Shown here: positions 29,715 to 43,649 of the stretch, in pieces
Layout of the letters: each line of letters opens with the position of its first letter
Numbering within the stretch: position 1 is the stretch's first letter
Assembly (NCBI GenBank): GCA_964016885.1
Contig: OZ024743.1
Span: 268,212,001-268,276,000, forward strand
Length of the DNA stretch: 64,000 bases
Origin: Eledone cirrhosa
Taxonomy: Eukaryota
Reading direction: 5' to 3'
Program-made: the position numbers and the translations under genes
Notes under the pieces: model-generated
What the model saw: the letters and a program-made list of their open reading frames with translations, nothing else
Told to the model about the DNA's origin: nothing
Databases searched by the model: none

Positions 29715-31752
29715 GTTATTAACTCTAGGTCTATCACATGTCTGTCGGTAATGTGGAAACTGTTAACAAGCATTCTGTCTGAGCAAATCTACTATCACCT
29801 CCACATAAACAACTTGTTACCGGACGAACAGAAAGGATGCCGAAAGAAGTCCCGTGGTACCAAAGACCAGTTACTTGTTGATAAGATGGTAATGAGGAAT
29901 TGCAAGAGGAGACACAATGGTCTTGCCATGGGATGGATGGATTACAAAAAAGACATTCGACATGGTACCCCATTCTTTGATAACCAAAGACCTAGAGATC
30001 TTCAAGGTGGCAGATAACATCAGAAAGTTGTTGAGCAAAAGTATGAAGTCCTGGAAAACAGAGTTAACATCGGGTGGAGAATCCTTGAGAGGCGTGAAGA
30101 TCAAGAGACGTATCTTCCAGGGAGATAGTCTGTCCCTTCTGCTGTTTGTCCTTGCCCTGATAACCCTGATCATTATATTGCGAAAGGTAAGAGCTGGATA
30201 CAAGTTGGGAAAAAGAGAGCTTACCATCAATCACCTCCTCTTCATGACCGATCTTAAACTCTTTGGGAAGAGTGAGAAGGAGTTGGATGTATTTGTTGAC
30301 ACTGTCCGTATTTTCAGCAATGATATATGTATGGAATTTGGTGTTAATAAGTGTGGAGTCCTAGTGATGAAGAGTGGTAAATTGAGCAGAAGCAACGGAA
30401 TCCAGATACCAACAGGTGAGATGATAAAGGAAATTGACACTGAAGGATACAAATATTTAGGTGTTCTGGAGGCAGAATACATCAAGAACAAAAAAAAATG
30501 AAGGAATTGATAAGATCTGAGTACATTAGGAGAGGAAGGAGCGTATTAAATTCACATCTAAATAGAAGGAATGTCATAAGTGCAGTGAACTCCCGAGCTG
30601 TATCTATTATTATGTACATTGCGGGAATTCTGAAATGCAATGTTTCTGAACAAAAAGAAATGGATAGGAAGACTAGGAAGCTATTGACTATCTACAAAAT
30701 GTTCCACAAGAGGAGTGATGTCGATAGATTCTACTTAAAGAGATCTGAAGTTGGAAGAGGTTTATCGGCATAGAGGACTGTGTTCAGATGGAGAAAAACA
30801 ACCTACACAAATACGTGACTGACAGTAGGGAGCCACTGCTCAAAATTGTACTGAAGGAGAAGACCACAGACCATGGGATGCCCAAGGAGGAAATAACAAC
30901 AAGGAGGAAGAGCAACCTTCATGAAAAATCCCTTCATAGTACCTGCTTTAAGAAAACTAAATTTAGAGATTCACAGACATGGAACAGGTTAAAAAGAAGA
31001 GACCTTAAAAAAGCTACAGAAGGAATGCTAATGGCTGCGCAAGAGCAAGCCCTCAGAACAAAGTGAGTGAAACACCATATTTACAAGGAGGATGCTAGCC
31101 CACTGTGTAGGATCTGTGGAGAGAGAGAGGGGACTGTGGCTCACATTGTATCCGAGTGTAAACACCTAGCCCAGACTCACTATAAAGGCTGGAGACATGA
31201 TGTGATGGGCAGGGTGATTCACTGGCACCTATGCAAAGTAAACAATTTACCACATTCTGAGAAGTGGTATGAGCATAGGTCAGAGTCGGTGATAGAAAAC
31301 GAGCAGGTGAAGATGCTATGGGATTTTAGGATACAGACAGACAATAAATTAGAACACAATAGGCCTGACCTGGTGGTTTTGGACAAGGAAAAAAGATCGT
31401 GCGTGATTGTAGTTGTAGCCTGCCTATTTGACACGAGAGTGCCAGAGAACGAGAGGGAGAAAATTAACCGATAGCAGGATTTAATGTAGGAGGTAAAAAG
31501 GATTTGGAACTGCCATGAAGTCAAGGTCGTCCCGATTGTCATAGGCGCACTAGATACCACCTCAAAGAGTTCCAACCATGGTTAAAGAAGATTAGACCAG
31601 CGCCGCTTTTTGGAACACTTCAAAAGGCATGCTTGATGGGAACAGCAAGAACCCTCCGATACGTCCTGAATATCTGAGGCTGCATGTAGCGGCTTGATAT
31701 TCATTTCAACAAACTTTCCAGTTAAATAACATCAATGTTTGAAACTCAAAGA

Positions 31753-31757
<5 letters not shown>
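29715..31757 (+). mobile_element. R4/Dong-clade non-LTR retrotransposon (RT + CCHC + RLE), 5'-truncated and degenerate (Dong-1)
   Basis: ITCLSVMWKLLTSIL, EQKGC, IFQGDSLS, HLLFMTDLKL, YKYLG, CRICG..TVAHIVSEC, RPDLVVLD; (AAT)n tail at 31758-31805. Confidence 0.9.
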
Positions 31758-31807
<50 letters not shown>

Positions 31808-32066
31808 TTTCTTTATTAACCACAAGGGTTTACATAAAGTAGACATTAAGGACAGTGCAGGACAATGCAGGACGGTACAAATGGGCATTTCTGCGTGTAA
31901 AAAACAAAAACAGAGGATGTAACAAAAATAACAATGAAAATAACAATGAAAAATTCCCCAATAGGGGGGAGACTTCGGAGGGACATTTGTGGAGAAAGCC
32001 CAGTAAAAAGCCACAATGACCCTGACCTCCAAGGCAAGTGCCCTCTCCCAGTTTTCCACCTTTAAT

Positions 32067-35000
32067 TTACAGATATATACTCAGAGTAGGCCCATTCACT
32101 CGGGCCATTCTTGCTTCTCTCACCCGTCTTTCAACAAAATGCTGGGAAGAGAGCATTTCCCTCTCTACTCTGATTTTCCTTTTCAAATGAAATTTGAAAA
32201 AGTCAATCAGACCATCACCGAAGAGGTAAGTGCTCGTCTTCAGCCCTTTCAAACGTGTCCACCATACTATCTCTTTCGCCATGGCCACCAGACAGATAAA
32301 AACTGCCTGCCCTTCCCGGCTAAAGGAGGAGGGCGGGGCAATCCTCACGATGGACTCAGATGATAGCCGGATCCGTCCTAAACGCGACAGCAGGTGTTCG
32401 ACATAAACCCACAAGTCAGCAATTTTCGGACACTGGACGAGTGCGTGCAGGACGGTTTCGTCGCCCTGTGCGCATCTCGGACATGCCCGGCTGACGGCAC
32501 CTCCATGCCTGTAGAGTTTATCCCGAACTGGCAAGGCTCCTCGGTAGCACTGCCAGGCCAGAGATTTCTGGAAGTTGTCCATAGGCCCTGGCCCGAAAGT
32601 TCTTCCGAAGAGATTAGCTAGTTGATTTTCGTCGACGCCTAGAGTTTCCCCAAATACGTCGTCGCTCTTCCCCTCCACTAATCCTCTATAGAACGCCGAG
32701 GTGGAGTTTCCACCGATCACATTGCCCGATTGGTCGAGGGCTGTGAGCGCCTGAAGACATTCCAGTCTCCAGGCGCTCCCTCTCGGTCTTCGCTTGACCC
32801 AGGACTGCAGCTCCGTCAAGGAAACGAGCTTGGGAAATACGTGTCTAGCAAACGGCAACCACACCTGATCACCGTCGAGGAAGAGGTGGAGATGTCGTAG
32901 CTTGAGCGCGTGCCTGCGCATCATCAGCCACGGCATGCCCAGCCCTCCACGTAGCGGGTGTTGACAACAGATGGACCGCCTGACCATCGGAGCGCGTCCC
33001 TTCCACAAAAAGCGAAAGAGCAAACGCTCCAGCGCAGTCAGGCGAGGCTTAGGACAAGGTACGACGGTCAGGGGGTAGCAGATGACAGAAGCGATGTACG
33101 CGTTAGCCACCTCCGCTCAACCTTTCAGGGATAGCTTCCTCTCCACCCATTTCTGGGTGAGAGAAGCCACCCTGCTCGTCACCTCGTCCCAGTTTTTGTC
33201 CGTCTGGAGGTCCGGACCGAACCAGACCCCTAGCAATTTAAACGGTCCGTCCGTCCAGCGTCCGACGACGCTGTTGGACGGCATGGACCTGCCTCTCCAG
33301 GTGACGAGCTGCAGGCCCACTGACTTTTCCTGGTTCATCATTGCTCCTGTCACCGCTTCGTATTCTCTTAGTGTAGTGCCGAACGCCTCGATGTGTTTGG
33401 CGTTCGACACCACTACGGTGACATCGTCCGCATATGCTGACACGGATCTTCCGCATCCTAGTTCGCGCTGGACGCCCCTCAACGTCTTCAGTTTGTGCAG
33501 TAATGGCTCGAGAGTCAATACGTACAAGAGGGATGAGAGGGGACATCCTTGGCGGACCGAGCGCATGATGTTGAACGGTTCCGACAGGTGACCGTTCACT
33601 CTCACCACAGAGCAGATGTCGCTGTGCATGGCAGCGATCCAGCCTCTGAAGACGGGCCCAAAGCCAGCCGCCCTCAGGACTGCCGCTAGGTAACGATGGT
33701 CGACCCTATCGAAAGCTTTTGACTGATCTAAATTGATCAAGGACCCACCCGTGCCAGGTTCCCTAGCTACCCTCTCTACGATGTATCGCATGAGGTGGAG
33801 GTTGTCGTGGATGGATCTGTCGGGAATGGCGCATGTCTGTGCCTCTCCCACCAGACCACCAACGACAAGCGCCAACCTCTTTGCTAGCACCTTGGCCAAA
33901 ATCTTGAACTCTGTGTTTAATAGAGTTATGGGCCGGAAATTATCTATGTTATCCCCCTTGTTCGGATCCTTTCTCAGCAGTGCCACCGCTCCTCGGCTCA
34001 CAGAACTGGGAATTCTCCCGTACTGTTGCCAGTTGCAGTAGACGTCCACCAAGAGGCCTCCGAACCAGTCTGGCATCTGTACGTAAAGTTCATAGGGCAG
34101 ACCATCCAAACTAGGCGATTTACCCCTTGTGCAGCCAGTCATTGCCTCCCTTACTACAGCGGTTGTTATCAGCTTTTGGCAACACTTCACCTCAGTGGCC
34201 AAGAGCCGCGGCAGTCCGTCGAGGTAGACACTAAAGTCCATTCCTCGACCCGGCCCACCGCTGCCCCCGAACAGCTGAGCGAAGTGTCGCTGAAAAGCTT
34301 CACACATATGCCCGGGATCGAGTAGCATGCGCCCGTCGTGGTCCACGAAAGACCGGATCGTGGCTTTGATGCCACGACGCGTCTCCGCCACTCAGGCCCA
34401 TTGAACGGCTTTCGTCCCCTCGTGTCTGAGAGCACGCACCCTTGCTCTGACAACGCAGCCTTTCTTCTTTGTATTGAAGAATTGGTCAAGGGCCAATTTC
34501 GCCGCAAGCACGTCGGTCGCAATGCCTTTGCTAAGCGCTTCGTCTAATTTTCTAACTACTTCTCCCCCTGCTCTATTTTTCTGTATTGCTAAAGCCTTAC
34601 TAAACCTAATGGATTCTATTCTAATCGCTCTTTTCAGAGCAAACCACCACTTGTTGTTGATGATGGCCCCCATCAACGACCGCTTAACTAGTTCGCTAAT
34701 CCGGTCTCTGTAGGCCTTGCGCGCTGGTAAGGACGCGTTTAGCTTCCAGTAGCCGGGTCCTCGTCTATGAAGCCTATCTAAGTCAAGCACACAGATCACG
34801 AATTTGTGGTCCGTGTAGCTGACTATCTTGAATTGTGGACAGCCTATGCTAGACTTATCTATTTCCCTACAAAATACTCTATCTAGATATGATCTGGATG
34901 ACCCTATGCGATTTGTCCAAGTCCACATTGGCACATTCGGGAAATCCAATCGGTACCTGTCAGAGAGTTCAAAGCGCCTGAGCAGGTTGGTGAGGCTCTT

Positions 35001-35486
35001 GCAGACTCCACCCCTATCCGCTAATCCCACACAGTCCCAGCGTGCATCTAAGATCCCGTTCCAGTCGCCCACTAACACTAAAGAGCGGGACGTTCCAAAG
35101 AAGGTCTCCAGACGCCGGAAGAAATCAGGCCGCCCTGCTCCTGTCGTGGCATAGACGGCCACTAGCCTGAAAGCTTGCCCGTCTCCGCTGGTCACGTCCA
35201 GCACCACCAGCTTACCCTCTGGGTCCAGGAAGATGGCCCGTATGGCGAGATCCAAACCTCTCCGAAAAAGCACAGCAACTCCTCCCCCCGATCCAGGACG
35301 GCTGGGAGGTGCGTACATATCGTAGCCGCCGAAGATTGGTGCGAAGACCCGTGCTTCGGAGATTCTGGTCTCGCTGATGGCCACTACATCTATGTTTAGT
35401 GACCTGAGGTCGTTGAGCAGATGACCCTGCTTCCATGACGACCCCAAGCCACGCGCATTTATGCTGCCTATTCTGAGTGAGGTCAT
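32067..35486 (-). pseudogene. ORF2 of copy A: APE endonuclease, RT and C-terminal Cys/His motif; one frame with two TGA stops
   Basis: ORFs 34392-35486, 33117-34391 and 32067-33110 are in the same frame; SINARGL, ISET, GDWN, YLDR, TDHK, RQGCPLS, YADD, CPRC..ETVLHALVQC. Confidence 0.95.
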
Positions 35487-35521
35487 GTTTAAAATAGAGT
35501 GGAAAAGATGGGAAAGACCAC

Positions 35522-37620
35522 TTACCGTACTTTTCGTAGAGGAGGGATGGTTTTTACATCCCTTTTCACTTGATCGTCTGGTGAAGGGACCGTTGAATCG
35601 TCCCTTCGGCTGGTCGTCGGCTCTTCTATGAGTATGTCCGAATATACTCTTCGATTGATAGTTCCTCCTAGGTCTCTGAAATCACCAACTGCGTTGGGGA
35701 ATTTCGTTTTAATGTTTGTATTGTTTCTGTGCTATTTTTAGCAGTCTTATGTTAGTTGGCGTTTTGATTGGTGCTGGTATTATGTAGTCGTGTTGTGAAA
35801 TGTCTGTGTGTTCAATTATGTAAGTCATTAGTTTCTTGTTGTGTGTATTTATTGCCGTGCATTTGTTTTTCTGGGGGTGGGGTGTGGTTCTGCTATATTA
35901 TTGTCGTTGTTGCTGGGTGTGTGTGTTTTGTTGTTGTGTTTGCGATGTTGGTGCTTGTGGTGGTGGTGTTGAAGGTGTTGTTGGCGGTGGGGTTGTCGCC
36001 GGTGGTGATGGTGGTGCTAGTGTGGGTGGTGATGGTGTTGGTGGTGTTGCTGCTGTGAGTCTCTTTGCAGTAGACTTTACCCTTTTCTCATTTCTTTCCT
36101 CCTTTTTCAAAGGCGACGATGCGCTGCTTCTGCGGTTGTGCCTTCTTACGACCTTTTGCCATCCCTCTCCCACCTCACACTCCATGTCTGATTCTGTGAG
36201 GTCGGGGAGGGGTACCAGCTCCACTCTTTCACTTGTTGTTGTTGGTGATGTTTGCACTGGAGTCAATGTTGCAGCTGCATTTGGTATTGCTGTTGTTGTT
36301 GTTAATATTTCCACTGCTGCTGCTGTTTTTGGTTTCCGTGGCGTGGGTATGGGTGCCACGGACCTATCGTTCCTGGTTGCCGCTTGTCCTGTTGCTGGTG
36401 GCCGTGGAGCCGGTTTCGAAAGGAGGCGGGTTTTCTCCTTTCTCAGGGTCTTCTCGTTGCAGAAGGTCCTGAGGGGAGTCTTCGATCCACAGCGAAAGCA
36501 TTTCGGGCGTTTGCCCTCAACACTTATGGGCAGTTGAGTGCCGTTATCGAAGTCTATCACATCCGGGATAGCTTCGATGCACTCCTGGTTGGTTTGGATT
36601 AACATTTCAATGGAGGTGCCGACCCAATCTTCTCTTACTTTTTTCTGTACTTGCAGTACAGTTGTTTTGTCCTCGATTGCGACGAGGACAGATGCGGCCA
36701 GCCAAGAAGGGGCCATCCCGGGGGGGGGACGTGGGTCAGTTTGACCCTCACAATTTTTTGCCCGCAGTAGGAGGGCACCAACACCATTTCCTCGCTCCTT
36801 AGGGTCACTACGGATTGAGCCTTTGCTTCTTGGGGTGTGGCAAAAAGTACGTCTACGGTGGCATATTTTTTGCCTCGGGTGATGTGCGTTTTCCGCTGCC
36901 GCACATACCCCAAGGCTTTTTGTATTTGAGCCTCTGTGGCTCTTTCAACCCTACGGGATTTTGTACTTACTGTACGGTACGTGACCGTACAGTGCTGTTG
37001 GGTTTCGAAAAATTTTCCGCTGCCTTGCAGATTGCTCGGTGTCCAGTCTTTGTCACCATCTTCTTCGCTTCCTCTAATTCCTCATTTGTTATGAGGATTG
37101 TTTCCAGGTTCTTCGCGATACCTGCAAACGAGATTGGTTTTTCTTTGCTGCTGTTGTTGTTGTTGTTGTCGTCAGAGCTGCTGTTACTTTTGTTGTTGCT
37201 GCAGGTACTACGACTACTGCCTCCGCCGCTGTTGCTGTGGTTGTTGTTGGTGTTGCTGCTGCTAATGCTGTTGTTGTTTATACTGCTGGTGATGCTGTTG
37301 CGGCTTCTACTGTTGTTTTCATTGTCACTGTTGCTGTTGTTATTACGGCTGCTACAGCTATTATTCCTGACGTCAGACGAATGAAATGGGTTTTCGTATT
37401 TCCCGCACACCTGTTTCGTCGTTGTCGTCGTGGAGAAACCTTGCACGCTTTGCACGAGACTTTTCTTTTCTGTCGTCGCTTGCGAAAGAGAAGTGAGAGA
37501 GAAAGACACATTTAAAGAAGGGAGGGAGAGAGACAATCTTCTCTCTGCTGTAGTGATGATTGAGGAAGAAGAAGACGGAATGAGTGGGAGTGACCTATGA
37601 AACTTCTTTTTCGTAGCCAT
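35522..37620 (-). pseudogene. ORF1 of copy A (poly-Asn N-terminus, RRM-like core, zinc knuckle, Pro/Thr-rich tail), frameshifted
   Basis: Fragments 36967-37656, 36635-36913 and 35898-36716; RPKCFRCGSKTPLRTFC (CCHC in copies C and D). Confidence 0.8.
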
Positions 37621-37836
37621 GTCGTTTTTTTTGTTTAAAATAAATATTGGGCACAAAACCCCAATAAGCAGTTATTTAACCCCGAAGGGCCAAATAACGG
37701 GCAGAAAAACCCCTCTCACGAGGAGGAGGGTATTTTTGTCTACAAGTTCGTTAAAGTTTTAAACAATTTACAATTGTTATAGCGTTCAAAATTTACAATA
37801 CCTTACAGAGCCGAGCCTCCGTCAACCATAGCATTC

Positions 37837-37866
<30 letters not shown>

Positions 37867-37867
<1 letters not shown>

Positions 37868-40800
37868 CTTTCTTTATTAACCGCATGGGTTTACATAAAG
37901 TAGACATTAAGGACAGTACAGGACAATACAGGACGGTACAAATGGGCATGTCTGCGTGTAAAAAAACAAAAACTGGATGTAACAAAAATAACAATGAAAA
38001 ATTCCCCATTAGGGGGGAGAATTCCGAGGGACATTTGTGGCGAAAGCCCATTAAAAGACAACAGTGACCCTGACCACCAGGGCAAGTGCCCTCTCCCAGT
38101 TTTCCACCTTTAATTTAGAGACACATACTCAGAGTAGGCCCATTCACTCGGGCCATACTTGCTTCTCTCACACATCTTTCAACAAAATGCTGTGAAGAGA
38201 GCACTTCCCTCTCTACCCTGATTTTTCTTTTCAAATCAAATTTGAAAAAGTTAATCAGGGCATCACCGAAGAGGTAAGTGCTCGTCTTCAGCTCTTTCAA
38301 ACGTGTCCACTATACTATCTCTTTCGCCGTGGCCACGAGACAGATAAAAACTGCCTGCCCTTCCCGGCTAAAGGAAGAAGGCGGAGCAATACTCACGATG
38401 GACGCACCTGACAGCTGGATCCGTCCTACACGCGACATAAACCCACAAGTCAGCAATGCTCGGACACTGGATGAATGTGTGTAGGACGGTTTCGTCGCCC
38501 TGCGCGCATCTCGGACACTCCCGGCTGACCGTACATCCATGCCTGTAGAGTTTATCCCGAACTTGCCATGCTCCTCGGTAGCACTGCCAGGCCATTTCTG
38601 GAAGTTGTCCATAGGCCCCGGCCCGAAGGTCCTTCCGAAGAGATTGGCTAGTTGATTTTCGTCGACGCCTAGAGTTTCTCCTAGTACGTCGTCGGTCTTT
38701 CCCTCCACTAATCCTCTATAGAACGCCAAGGTGGAGTTTCCACTGATCACATTGCCCGATTGGTCGAGGGCTGTGAGCGCCTGAAGACATTCCAGTCTCC
38801 AAGCGCTCCCTCTCGGTCTTCGCTTGACCCAAGACTGCAGCTCCGTTAAGGAGACGAGCTGGGAAAGACGTGTCTAGCAAACGGCGACCACACCTGATCA
38901 CCGTCGAGGAAGAGGTGGAGATGTCGTAGCCTGAGCGCGTGTCTGCGCATCATCATCCACGACATGCCCAGCCCTCCACGTAGCGGGTGTTGACAGCAGA
39001 TTTACTTCCTGACCATTGGAGCGCGTCCCTTCCACAAAAAGCGAAAGAGTAAACTCTCCACCGCAGTCAGGCGGGGTTTAGGACAAGGTACGACGGTCAG
39101 GCGGTAGTAGATGACGGACGCGATGTACGCATTAGCCACCTCCGCTCGACCTTTCAGGGATAGTTTCCTCTCTGTCCATATCTGGGTGAGAGAAGCCACC
39201 CTGCTCGTCACCTCGTCCCAGTTTTTGTCCGTTTGGAGGTCCGGACCGAAACCAGACCCCTACCAATTTAACCGGTCCGTCTGTCCAGCGCCGACGATGC
39301 TGTTAGACGGCATGGACCTGCCTCTCCAGGTTCCGAGCTGCAGGCCCATGACTTTTCCTGGTTGATCATTGCTCCTGTCACCGCTTCGTATTCTCTTAGT
39401 GTAGTGCCGATCGCCTCAATGTGTTTGGCGTTCGTCATCACTAAGGTGACATCGTCGGCATATGCTGACACGGATCTTCCGCATCCTAGTTCGCGCCGGA
39501 CCACCCTCAACGTCTCCAGTTTGTGCAGTAATGGCTCGAGAGTCAATACGTACAAGAGGGACGAGAGGGGACATCCTTGACGGACCGAGCGCATGATGTT
39601 GAACGGTTCCGAAAAGTGACCGTTCACTCTCACCACAGAGCAGATGTCTCTGTGCATGGCAGCGAACCAGCCTCTGAAGACGGGCCCAAAGCCAGCCGCC
39701 CTCAGGACTGCCGTTAGGTAACGATGGTCGACCCTATCGAAAGCTTTCGACTGGTCTAAATTGATCAAGGACCCACCCGTGTCAGGTTCCCTAGCTACCC
39801 TCTCTACGATGTATCGCATGAGGTTGAGGTTGTCGTGGATGGATCTGTCGGGAATGGCGCAAGTCTGCGCCTCTCCCACCGACCACCAACGACAAGCGCC
39901 AACCTCTTTGCTAGCACCTTGGCCAAAATCTTGAACTCTGTGTTTAGCAGAGTTATGGGCCGGAAATTATCTATGTTATCCCCCTTGTTCGGATCCTTTC
40001 TCAGCAGCCCCACAGCTCCTCGGCTCACAGAGCTGGGAATCCTCCCGTTCTGTTGCCAGTTGCAGCTGACGTCCTCCAAGAGGCCTCCGAACAAGTCTGG
40101 CATTTGTACGTAAAGTTCATAGGGCAGACCATGCAAACCAGGCGATTTACCCCTTGTGCAGCCAGTCATTGCCTCCCGTACTTCAGCGGCTGTTATTGGC
40201 TTTTCGCAACACTCCGCCCCAGTGGCCGAGAGCTGCGGCAGTCCGTCGAGATAGACACTAAAGTCCATCCCTCTATCCGATCGCCGCTGCCCCGAACAGC
40301 TGTGCGAAGTGTCGCTGAAAAGCTTCACATATTTTACCGAGATCGAGTAGCATCCGCCACTCGGGCCCATTGAACGGCTTTTGTCCCCTCGTGTCTGAGA
40401 GCACGCACCCTAGCTCTGACAACGCAGCCTTCGTGCTTTGCATTGAAGAATTGGTCAAGGGCCAATTTCACCGCAAGTACGTCGGTCGCGATGCCTTTGC
40501 TAAGCGCCTCGTCTAATTTTCTAACTAATTCTCCCTCTGCTCTATTTTTCTCTATTGCTAAAGCCTTACTAAACCTAATGGACTCTTTTCAGAGCAAACC
40601 ACCACTTGTTGTTGACGAAGGCCCCCGTAAACGCCCGCTTAACTAGTTCGCTAATCCGGTCTCTGTAGGCCTTGCGCGCTTGTAAGAACGCGTTTAGCTT
40701 CCAGTAGCCGGGTCCTCGTCCATGAAGCCTATCTAAGTCAAGCACACAGATCACGAATTTTTGATCCGTGTAGCTGACTATCTTGAATTGTGGACAGCCT

Positions 40801-43597
40801 ATGCTAGACCTATCTATTTCCCTACAAAATACTCTATCTAGATATGATCTGGATGACCCTATGCGATTTGTCCAAGTCCACATTGGCACATTCGGGAAAT
40901 CCAATCGGTACCTGTCAGACAGTTCAAAATGCCTGAGCAGGTTGGTGAGGATTTTGTACCCTCCTCCTCTATCCGCTGATCCCACACAGTCCCAGCGTGC
41001 ATCTAATATCCCGTTCCAGTTGCCCACTAACACTAAAGTGCGGGACGTTCCAAGAAAGGTCTCCAGACGCCGGAAGAAATCAGGCCGCCCTGCTCCTGTC
41101 GGTGCATAGACGGCCCCTAGCCTGAAATCTTGCCCGTCTCCGCTGGTCACGTCTAGCATCACCAACTTACCTTCTGGGTCCAGGAAGATGGCCCGTATGG
41201 CGAGATCCAAACCTCTCCGAAAAAGCACAGCAACTCCTCCCCCCGATCCCGGACGTCTGGGAGATGCGTACACATCGTAACCGCCGAAGATCGGTGCGAA
41301 GGCCCGTGCTTCGGAGATTCTGGTCTCGCTGATGGCCACTACATCTATGTTTAGTGACCTGAGATCGTTGAGCAGGGGGCCCTGCTTCCATGATGACCCC
41401 AAGCCACACGTATTTATGCTACCTATTCTGAGTGAGGTCATGTTGAAATGGAGTGGAAAAGATGGGAAAGACCACTTACCTTACTTCTTGTTGAGGAAGG
41501 ATGGTTTCTCCATCCTTTTCACTGCTTGTGGCTTACTCCGAAAGGATGTCCTTATAAATCCTCCTGGAGAGTGTTTGTCGGAAGTCTCCGATGTATTTCG
41601 GGAATTTTTGTTTTAGTGCGTGTACGTTTTCTGTGTGATGCGAGTGATTTGTATGTGTGGAGGCGGCGTGAACTTTTGGGTTGTTGTGTAGCCATTTTCT
41701 GTGATGCTGGTGTTGTGTTGGATGCAGTTGGATGTAATTGGTTGTTGTTCAAATGTAAAGCTGTGTAGTGTGTATCGTTTTGGTTGTTTTGTTTTGATTG
41801 CGTTTGTTGTGGGTTTGTTTCCGTTTCGCTTTTTGGTGACTTTTGTGGTGTAGGTGATGGTGGTGTTGGGGTTAATGATGGTGATGGTGTTTGTGTTTGT
41901 GGTGATGGGGTTGGTGATGCTGGTTGGGATTGTGGCATATCTGTCCTAACTTTTAGTTTGATAGTTTATTTGTTTCCCTATGTATTTTGTTTTTGGAGGG
42001 GGAGGGAAGATAATTTTTTTTCTTTTTTGGTTTCTTTTTTTCTTTTTTCCTGATACCGTTTACCACTCCTCGTCGTCACAATCTGTCTCCAGTTTTGATA
42101 GGCCGGGGAGTGGAGGATCCTCCACAGGCGTTGGTTTTGGTTGTGGCGTAGTGGATGGTGTAGGCGCTGGTGCTAGTTCTGGCGCGTTGGGTGGTGGTGT
42201 TGTTGGTTTTGCTACTGTTGCTGGGGTTGTTGCAGTTACAGTTGCTTCTGTTGTTGCTGCTACAGTTGTTGCTGCCATCTCTGCTGCTGGAGGTGTTGAT
42301 GATTGAATCACTGTGGTGGGTAAGAGAGGTGGCCTCAACCTTTTAGCCTGAGGGCAGAAAGCCCTTAGGTGGGTTCCTTCACCACAAACGACATACGATT
42401 ACGGCGAGGTGACTGCCGTCAGTGAGGTCTATTACCTCTGCGATCTCCTAAATGCTTTTTTGGTCCGCTTGGATCAGGATCTCCATGAGTGATCCGGACC
42501 AGTTCTCCTGCTTTTCTTTCGCTATCTCGATTATCTTGGTGTTGGCTTCGATGCCGGCGAGGACGGCAGAAATTAGCCAGGGAATTTCGATGGCCGGTGG
42601 AACGTGGGTCACCCTCATCTTTACGAGTCTCTGGCCACAATAGCTTGGGACGAGTGTGAAGTCGTCACTTCTTAATGTGGCCATGGAGTGTTCTCTAGCC
42701 TCCTGTGGTGTTTCAAAGAACACGTCCACGGTTCCATATTTCTGCCCACGTCTGATGTGGGTTTTTTTGCCCACACATGTCCCAAAGCTTTTTGGATTTG
42801 GGACTCGGATGCCCGTTCCACTCGGCGCGATTTTATATTAATTGTTCGATAAGACACGGTGCATAGGCGCCGATGCTCCATTTTATTAAGTGTGGGGGGG
42901 GGTTAAGGCTGAGAGTGTAGCCATCTTCTTTACCATTTTTTTGGCTTCTTCTAATTCCTCCTGAGTTACCTGGAATGCTTCGCACTTTTTTGCTACTCTG
43001 GCAAAACTCAGGGTGGTTTTATTAATTTCATTGTTGCTGTTGTTGTTATCGTTATTTTTGTTAGTGTTAATTATAGTTTCAGTTGAGGTGGTGGTGGCGT
43101 CAGTGGTGTTCGGTGTGGAAGAGTTCATTTTGGTTGAATTCATTTCGATATCACGAGTTAATTTATTTTTTCTTTTGTTTCTGTTGTCGCTGTGGTGGTG
43201 GTGGGGTTGCGGCTTTAACACCTGCAGTCATTGGTAATGGCGGGAAATGAATGTCTGCCTGAGACAAATTAAAAATATTGCTACTGCTTATACTTTTAGT
43301 GTTGGCAAACGTAGTAATATTTACAATGGTGGTGTCGGTGTGAGGTTTTAGTTTGTTAGGAAGGACTGACTCTGAGTCCTCCATGATTTTTCAAAGAAAA
43401 ATTTTTGTTTGATAATTATAAAAGTTTAAATTTTGGGCTCAAGGCCCCTATCTTTTTGGGTGTCCTTTTCAGATAATAATGTATGTGCACTTATATACAG
43501 TTAACAATAAAAATATTCCATAAATGGCAATTTTAAACAACTGAAAATAACAAACCTTTGCGAAGCTCACGATGATACGATTTACTACGTAGGTCGC
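37867..43597 (-). mobile_element. Full-length Tx1 LINE (copy B), frameshifted; ORF1 ~43384-41476, ORF2 41441-38115
   Basis: ORF2 fragments nearly identical to copy A; ORF1 and 5'UTR match copy D; (AAT)n at 37837-37866 and 43598-43646. Confidence 0.95.
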
Positions 43598-43598
43598 C

Positions 43599-43646
<48 letters not shown>

Positions 43647-43649
<3 letters not shown>

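Larger units (their letters stand above)
31806..37836 (-). mobile_element. Full-length Tx1/L1-clade LINE (copy A) between (AAT)n tracts
   Basis: 5'UTR, ORF1, ORF2 and 3'UTR with AATAAA; both ends abut (AAT)n. Confidence 0.95.

Noticed and set aside
43645-43647. ATG start of the 432-aa Dong-2 ORF, suggesting a standalone nuclease gene
   Set aside because: The ATG is formed by the (AAT)n/truncation junction; the ORF starts after the RT catalytic motif
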